A stretch of DNA of 63,933 nt, counting the filler, from Aduncisulcus paluster (taxonomy: Eukaryota): assembly GCA_024181965.1 (NCBI GenBank). It is 37 parts of 37 records of this genome, joined end to end, with 100 filler letters (N's around TTAATTAATTAA, not from the genome) between each part and the next. Parts side by side here need not be neighbours in the genome. Positions count along the whole stretch, not along the records: positions 57,729 to 59,144 come from BQXS01003365.1; positions 59,245 to 60,487 come from BQXS01003370.1; positions 60,588 to 62,802 come from BQXS01003372.1; positions 62,903 to 63,933 come from BQXS01003712.1; 33 more parts are not named here. The stretch is one strand, 5' to 3'. The position numbers were made by a program, and so were the translations under genes. The notes beneath the pieces were generated by a model that worked only from the letters and a program-made list of their open reading frames with translations, was not told the DNA's origin and did not search any database. The first letter of the stretch is position 1. Every line of letters starts with the position of its first letter. Shown piece by piece: positions 57,729 through 63,933 of this stretch.

Positions 57729-59144
57729 CAATCGGATGAGCGATCGCCGGTAGAGGCTGTCGCCGGCACCTCTGACTTCGTCGTCGTCGCTAACCGGCTC
57801 CCGATCGACCTGGTGAAGCTGCCCGACGGCAAGACCACCTGGAAGCGCAGCCCTGGCGGACTCGTCACCGCGATGGAACCGCTGCTGCGCAAGCGCCGCG
57901 GCGCTTGGGTCGGCTGGCCGGGTGTCCCCGACACGGACGTCGAACCGGTCTCCGAGGACGACATGGTCCTCTACTCGGTCCGCCTTTCCACTCAGGAAGT
58001 CGCCGAGTATTACGAGGGTTTCTCCAACGCCACTCTGTGGCCGCTGTACCACGATGTGATCGTCAAACCCGAGTATCACCGCGAATGGTGGCAGGCGTAC
58101 GTCGACGTGAACCGCAAGTTCGCGGACGCGACGGCTGCGGTCGCGGCACCGGGCGCGACGGTGTGGGTGCAGGACTACCAGCTGCAATTGGTACCCAAGA
58201 TGCTCCGCATGTTGCGCCCCGACCTGACAATCGGCTTCTTCCTGCATATCCCGTTCCCGCCTGTCGAGCTATTCATGCAGATGCCCTGGCGCACCGAGAT
58301 CGTCGACGGTCTNNNNNNNNNNNNNNNNNNNNTCTGGCCGGGGGCGCCCAAAACTTCATGTACCTGGCGCGAAGACTGGTGGGTGCCAGCACATCTCGCG
58401 CATCCATCGGCGTGCGCTCCCGATTCGGCGAGATCCGCGTGGGCTTCCGCACCGTGAAGGTGGGTGCGTTTCCGATCTCAATTGACTCGGCCCAACTCGA
58501 CAGCGTGTCTCGCAGCAAGCAGATCCGCCAGCGCGCCAAGGAGATTCGCGCCGAACTTGGCGGTCCGCGCAAGATCCTGTTGGGCGTGGACCGGCNNNNN
58601 NNNNNNNNNNNNNNNNNNNNNNNNNNNNNNNNNNNNNNNNNNNNNNNNNNNNNNNNNNNNNNNNNNNNNNNNNNNNNNNNNNNNNNNNNNNNNNNNNNNN
58701 NNNNNNNNNNNNNNNNTCCGGCTGCGTGCCTATGAGGAGCTGCTCGCCGAGGGCCGCGCCAGCGGCACCGACACCGTCTTCGTTCAGCTCGCAACACCCA
58801 GCCGCGAACGCGTCGACAGCTACAAGAAGATGCGCGGCGATGTCGAGCAGCAAGTGGGCCACATCAACGGAGAGTTCGGCGAGGTCGGGCACCCGGTGGT
58901 GCACTATCTGCATCGACCGGTGCCGCGCGAAGACCTCATCGCTTTCTTCGTGGCCGCCGATGTCATGTTGGTGACACCCCTGCGCGACGGTATGAACCTG
59001 GTGGCCAAGGAGTACGTCGCGTGCCGCAGCGATCTGGGCGGCTCGCTCGTGCTCTCCGAATTCACCGGCGCGGCAGCGGAATTACGCCAGTCCTATCTGG
59101 TCAATCCGCACGATATCGACGGCGTGAAGGACGGTATCGAATCG
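57729..59144 (+). CDS. otsA: Trehalose-6-phosphate synthase, partial
   Basis: [26 protein letters not shown] and [10 protein letters not shown]. Confidence 0.96.
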
Positions 59145-59244
59145 NNNNNNNNNNNNNNNNNNNNNNNNNNNNNNNNNNNNNNNNNNNNTTAATTAATTAA
59201 NNNNNNNNNNNNNNNNNNNNNNNNNNNNNNNNNNNNNNNNNNNN

Positions 59245-60487
59245 GGCGAACGATTGGGAATGGAAAGAAGAGCAGGAAACGGCTTTTCGGGAAGTGATTG
59301 AAGAATTGAGAACTGGTCGTGAATTGGTTCCCTTGCAGGAGGACCTGGAATTGATCCTATATACCGATGCGTCATCTGTGGGTGTAGGTGCTGTATTGAT
59401 GCAGAAGGATAGGAATGGTATTGAACACCCGATTTTATTTGTATCTAAGAAGTTAGCAGCAACGCAGACAAGATGGAGCACAGGCGAACAGGAAGCCTAC
59501 GCTGTGATTACAGCTGTTCTGAAATGTGAGTCATATTTACGTGGAAGAAGGTTTTTGCTACGTACGGATCATCGAAATTTAGTTTATATACAGAAAACAC
59601 CCAATGCTAAGCTTACAAGATGGAGACTCCGATTGGAAGAGTTTGAATTTGATATTGAGCATGTGCCTGGAAAAGACAACATAATAGCTGATGTGTTATC
59701 TCGTGCTCATTGTTCCCAGAACTTGTTCAGTTTGGATGTTTTGGAAGAAGAACTATCGGAATCATTTATTAAAAAGATCAAGGATGCTCAGGAAATGCAC
59801 ATGACGGCTGAAGAGAAGTTAAAATGGATCAGCCGTGAAGATGGAGTATTGGTCAACGAGAAGGGAGAAGCAATCGTCCCTGATAAAGCGAAGAATATCA
59901 AACAAGTAGTTCTCCAACTATGCCATGGGACTCCAATGATCTCACACGCTGGAGCGGCTGGAACTCGTGAGGCGATAAGATCGTTGAGGATTACCTGGAA
60001 AATGTACAAGAAGATGCCAAAGACTTCGTTAAGAAATGTTTTATTTGTCAGAAGGTTCGGTTAAGAGATATGTCAAAGAGGATTTATGACTCTACCGCAG
60101 CTATGCAACCATTTGAAGTTGTGGCAGTGGACTCTTTGGGTCCATTGCGAGAATCTCATGAGGGATACCGATATGTGATCGTATTAATTGATTGCTTTTC
60201 ACGGTATGTTGAACTGGTTCCCTCTGTTTCGACCACCGCTGAGGAAGCGGCGAAGGCTTTAATTAACACAGTTGTCTTCCGTTATGGAATCCCTAAATCT
60301 ATTAGATCTGATAGGGGACCGCAATACCATAATCTGTTATTAGATCATTTGTGTAAGTCTTTGAAGATCGACCATTATAAGGTTTTGACTTACAATCCAA
60401 GAGCGAATGGAATTGTAGAACGGATTAATTTCGAAATAATGAAAGTAATGAGAAGTTTGTTTGCTGAAGGCCTGGAAATTGCTGGCT
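59245..60487 (+). mobile_element. Ty3/Gypsy pol fragment (RNase H - integrase) with a frameshift near 60000
   Basis: YTDASSVGVGAVL, TDHRNL and NIIADVLSR; H..H..CFIC zinc finger; DDE core IDCFSRY/SDRG/NGIVER. Confidence 0.9.
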
Positions 60488-60587
60488 NNNNNNNNNNNNN
60501 NNNNNNNNNNNNNNNNNNNNNNNNNNNNNNNTTAATTAATTAANNNNNNNNNNNNNNNNNNNNNNNNNNNNNNNNNNNNNNNNNNNN

Positions 60588-61003
60588 TCTGTTCTAGTAA
60601 GCATTAAAGCTTCTTTTTTAGTCATAAGATCAAGTTGACCTTCTTCTCTCATTTTTTTGATGATTTCTAATTTTCTGATTGATTTTTTCATTGTTGGGTA
60701 GTTTGTTAACATTCCACCTAACCATCTGTGATTAACATATGGCATACCACAAGATTCAGCAGCATCTTTAATAGCTTGAGTAGCTTGTTTTTTTGTACCT
60801 ACAAAAATCATTGTTTGACCTTCAGCAGCAGCATCTCTAACTAAAGTATATGTGTATCTGAAGTATCTAAGTGTTTTTTGTAAATCGATAATATAAATAT
60901 TTTTTCTAACACCGAAAATGAATTTTTTCATTTTTGGATTCCATCTTCTTGTTTGGTGACCGAAGTGTACACCACATTCTAATAAGTCTTTCATTGTAAC
61001 CAT
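60588..61003 (-). CDS. rpsB: 30S ribosomal protein S2, 3' partial
   Basis: [19 protein letters not shown] and RWLGGMLTN. Confidence 0.98.
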
Positions 61004-61235
61004 AATTTGTCCTTCTTTTTGGCAATTTTGCCAGATTAATTTTCGAGTTTGTACCTCTGTAGCCCTTCATATTACTCAATCAAATGATTTANNNNNNNNN
61101 NNNNNNNNNNNNNNNNNNNNNNNNNNNNNNNNNATGTGAATTTCACATTAATCATAGTTATTACTAGATTAAAGGAGCTGGATTTTAGCTAAAAATATTT
61201 TAAATATAGTTTAAGTGTATAAAAATCAAAACCAT

Positions 61236-61267
61236 AAAAAAAGCCCCATCAGATGATGAGGCTTTTT
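61236..61267 (-). terminator. Intrinsic terminator after hisA
   Basis: AAAAAAAGCCCCATC...GATGAGGCTTTTT. Confidence 0.75.
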
Positions 61268-61284
61268 ATTCTAATGATGTCGAA

Positions 61285-61992
61285 CTATAGAACTTTAAAT
61301 CCCTCTTCTAAATCAAGAGTTCCTTCATAAAATGCTTTTCCTACGATACAACCTGCAATATTACCATTTTCTTTACAGTTAATAATATCGTTGATATCTT
61401 TTACTCCACCAGAAGCAATAGTATCCACTCCTGAAGATAATGCTATCTCTTCAGTCCATTCAACATTTACACCACAAAGCATTCCATCTTTAGAAATATC
61501 TGTACAAATAATAGCATCAACACCAGCATCAGCAAACTCTTTAGCTAAATCTGTAGCTTTCATAGTTGAAACTTCTGCCCATCCTTCAACGGCAACCATA
61601 CCATTCATAGCATCAATACCAACTGCTATAGGATACTTAGCAGCCATATCTTTTACAAACTGTGGATCTTTAACTGCAATACTTCCTAAAATAAGTCTAT
61701 CAACACCAAGTTCAACATACATCTTGATAGTTTCTTCATCTCTGATACCACCACCAAGTTCGATTTTGAGATTACAGTTTTCCCTAATTTTTTTTATCTG
61801 TTCTAAATTTGCTGGTTCGCCTGCAAAAGCACCATTTAAGTCAACAATATGTAACCACTTTGAACCTAACTCTTCAAATTTTTTAGCAACTTGCCAAGGC
61901 TCATCACTGTATATTTTTGCACTTTCCATAAGACCTTTGCTAAGCCTTACAGCTTTTCCATCTTTTAAATCAATCGCCGGTAATATTTCCAT
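61285..61992 (-). CDS. hisA: ProFAR isomerase HisA
   Basis: [26 protein letters not shown] and TDISKDG. Confidence 0.96.
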   Translation of the reverse strand: MEILPAIDLKDGKAVRLSKGLMESAKIYSDEPWQVAKKFEELGSKWLHIVDLNGAFAGEPANLEQIKKIRENCNLKIELGGGIRDEETIKMYVELGVDRLILGSIAVKDPQFVKDMAAKYPIAVGIDAMNGMVAVEGWAEVSTMKATDLAKEFADAGVDAIICTDISKDGMLCGVNVEWTEEIALSSGVDTIASGGVKDINDIINCKENGNIAGCIVGKAFYEGTLDLEEGFKVL

Positions 61993-62003
61993 TTTGTTTC
62001 CTT

Positions 62004-62614
62004 TTAGTTAAATAAGTTTGTGAGTTTTTGTTTTATTTCATCAAATGATGAATGTTTTAAATCAAATGGAGCATTTGGATATGCCATATTGTAGATTTGA
62101 TTTAATATTGCCTTGTGGTTTTCTTTCGATTTAAATTCTGAACAATTAAGAAAATTTTCAATACATTCTTTTTGTTTTTTAGGAATTGATGAAAAGATTA
62201 AAGATTCCATATATCCGTCATCGGTTAGTGGATCACGAGTTATATATAAATCGGAAATATTTTTGATACCCAATNNNNNNNNNNNNNNNNNNNNNNNNNN
62301 NNNNNNNNNNNNNNNNNNNNNNNNNNNNNNNNNNNNNNNNNNNNNNNNNNNNNNNNNNNNNNNNNNNNATATTTATGATCATGTTTTTCATAATCTGCAT
62401 CTGTAACAAGTAATATTTTTGAAATAGTATCTTCTGAGATTTCTGTTAATAATTCTTTATATCTTGGATTATCTATTTTAAAGAAATTAAGTTTACTTCC
62501 AAAACCAAAAAATTTTACTTTTGTTTCATCTAATTCTAATTCTTTCAAAAGTAGTTTTAAAATATTATTATCTTCAGATTTATTTGCTTTTCCTTCGTGT
62601 AATATCGCGTACAC
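62004..62614 (-). CDS. TOPRIM-like protein (DUF3226-like), gapped
   Basis: ILHEG...D, LLVTDAD (DxD), GYMESL and FDL....F...K.KL. Confidence 0.65.
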
Positions 62615-62802
62615 TATCGAACCTCATGTTCATCATCAATATTATATTGAATCATTTCATAGTCCCTAACTCCAGCATTTAAAGAACCATCTTTTAGTTT
62701 TGTCATTTTAATATATGTAACATCTTCATCTTCAAGCTTTTTAGAAATTCTAGCATAAGATTCTATGCACTCTTTAGAATGAGTAGTAGCAAATACTTGT
62801 AC
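62614..62802 (-). CDS. ABC/AAA_15-21-type ATPase, C-terminal fragment
   Basis: VQVFATTHSKECIE H-loop; ends EVR*; TAGTG overlap with the next gene. Confidence 0.8.
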   Translation of the reverse strand, partial: VQVFATTHSKECIESYARISKKLEDEDVTYIKMTKLKDGSLNAGVRDYEMIQYNIDDEHEVR

Positions 62803-62902
62803 NNNNNNNNNNNNNNNNNNNNNNNNNNNNNNNNNNNNNNNNNNNNTTAATTAATTAANNNNNNNNNNNNNNNNNNNNNNNNNNNNNNNNNNNNNNNNNN
62901 NN

Positions 62903-63894
62903 AGCCAAACCCGAAGGTACAGCTGCTCCAACCACAAACTACGTCAACAATTAACAACACGAATCCGAAAATACAAGTATCAACATCAACGTGCCAGCGT
63001 ATAGCACCGAAGCACTATGCACTAGACATAAAACACCCCAAAGGGTCCCTGCTATCCTGTCGCCAGAGCCACTCCTTATCCCGAGGTTACGGAGCAATTT
63101 TGCCGACTTCCCTCACATGCTTTTTCTTGCTTGACCAGAGGCTGTTCACCTTGGAGACCGGCTGCGGTTGTGGGTACGGATGAGAATCAATCCTGCGTCT
63201 CGCCCCGTGACTTTTCAAGGCTCGTTTCGTACACTTCAGACAACGCCTAAAAACTCTACATAAGATCCAAGAAGCCCCCGAAGGAACAAACGAAAATCAA
63301 ACATAGAAAGCGGCGTGCTCTCCCTAAAAGTCGACGGTCCCTCTCTCTGGATAATCCAACTCCAGGGACCTTTGACAGTGAATGAGATGAGAATAAGGGC
63401 AGACGAAGCCGAAACTTCATCAAACCCAGATTGCCCTTTGAATTAATCGCCGAGCAAAAAAACTCCCACTGAGGTACGACCCGGGGTCGTCACGTGCGTT
63501 TGCGTTACCGCCTGTTAAAGACGATTCTCACTACAGGACTATAAACCTGTTTCCCTTTCGATACGTGTATCAAAAAAAGATGTAAAATTATTTTATCCTT
63601 CATTACGACACACACCTGCAAAGAGCGTTTGCTTGTCTCTTAGGACCGAGTAACCCGCTACCAAACACAGTTGTCGCGGAACCCTTCTCCACATCGGCCT
63701 TCGAGGTTCTCACTCGAATATCTGCTACTACTACCAAGATCTGCACTGGAGGAATCGGTCCACGCGCCCTTACGGGCTACGCTTCAATCCAACCCCCACG
63801 CCCTCCTACTCATTACTCCGCTACAGAGTAATGGTCGAGTATAGGTCATTGTAAGTACCACGCTTCAGCGCCATCCATTTTCTGGGCAAGTTAA

Positions 63895-63928
<34 letters not shown>

Positions 63929-63933
63929 ATCCC
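62903..63933 (-). rRNA. Eukaryotic large-subunit (28S-type) rRNA, internal fragment
   Basis: Reverse complements of conserved LSU blocks: CCTTATCCCGAGGTTACGG, TTTGCCGACTTCCCT, CCAAGATCTGCAC, GCGCCATCCATTTTC and GGCAGGTGAGTTGTTACACACTCCTTAGCGGA. Confidence 0.95.

Overview
This window is not one locus. It is 37 short, unrelated scaffolds joined by an artificial 100-nt spacer (N44-TTAATTAATTAA-N44, with stop codons in all six frames), and many scaffolds also have internal N gaps that split genes. At least six sources can be inferred from composition and gene content: (i) AT-rich Campylobacterota, Arcobacter/Sulfurimonas-like (era, rpoB, aceE, aroB, aroQ, map, infA, rho, dxr, cdsA, rpsB, hisA, IS3 elements); (ii) a GC-rich mycobacterium (galU, dnaA-oriC-dnaN, otsA, Dyp peroxidase, a prophage immunity switch); (iii) mid-GC anaerobes, probably Desulfovibrionaceae-like; (iv) a Bradyrhizobium-like alphaproteobacterium (flgF/flgG); (v) a gammaproteobacterial phage or satellite-like element (44615-47730); (vi) a divergent microbial eukaryote (LSU rRNA, EF-hand and CH-domain genes, Ty3/Gypsy fragments). 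The best lead for an undescribed system is 44615-47730: a lambda-type integrase, a structured RNA leader, a Q-like regulator, an origin-like repeat region and a tail-chaperone-like ORF with a -1 slippery site but no upstream tail genes. Other leads are an ABC-ATPase + TOPRIM-like pair upstream of hisA, a retroelement-like junction on a 458-bp eukaryotic duplication, and twin GGGA hairpins in the flgF leader. All calls come from reading the sequence; no database searches were run.
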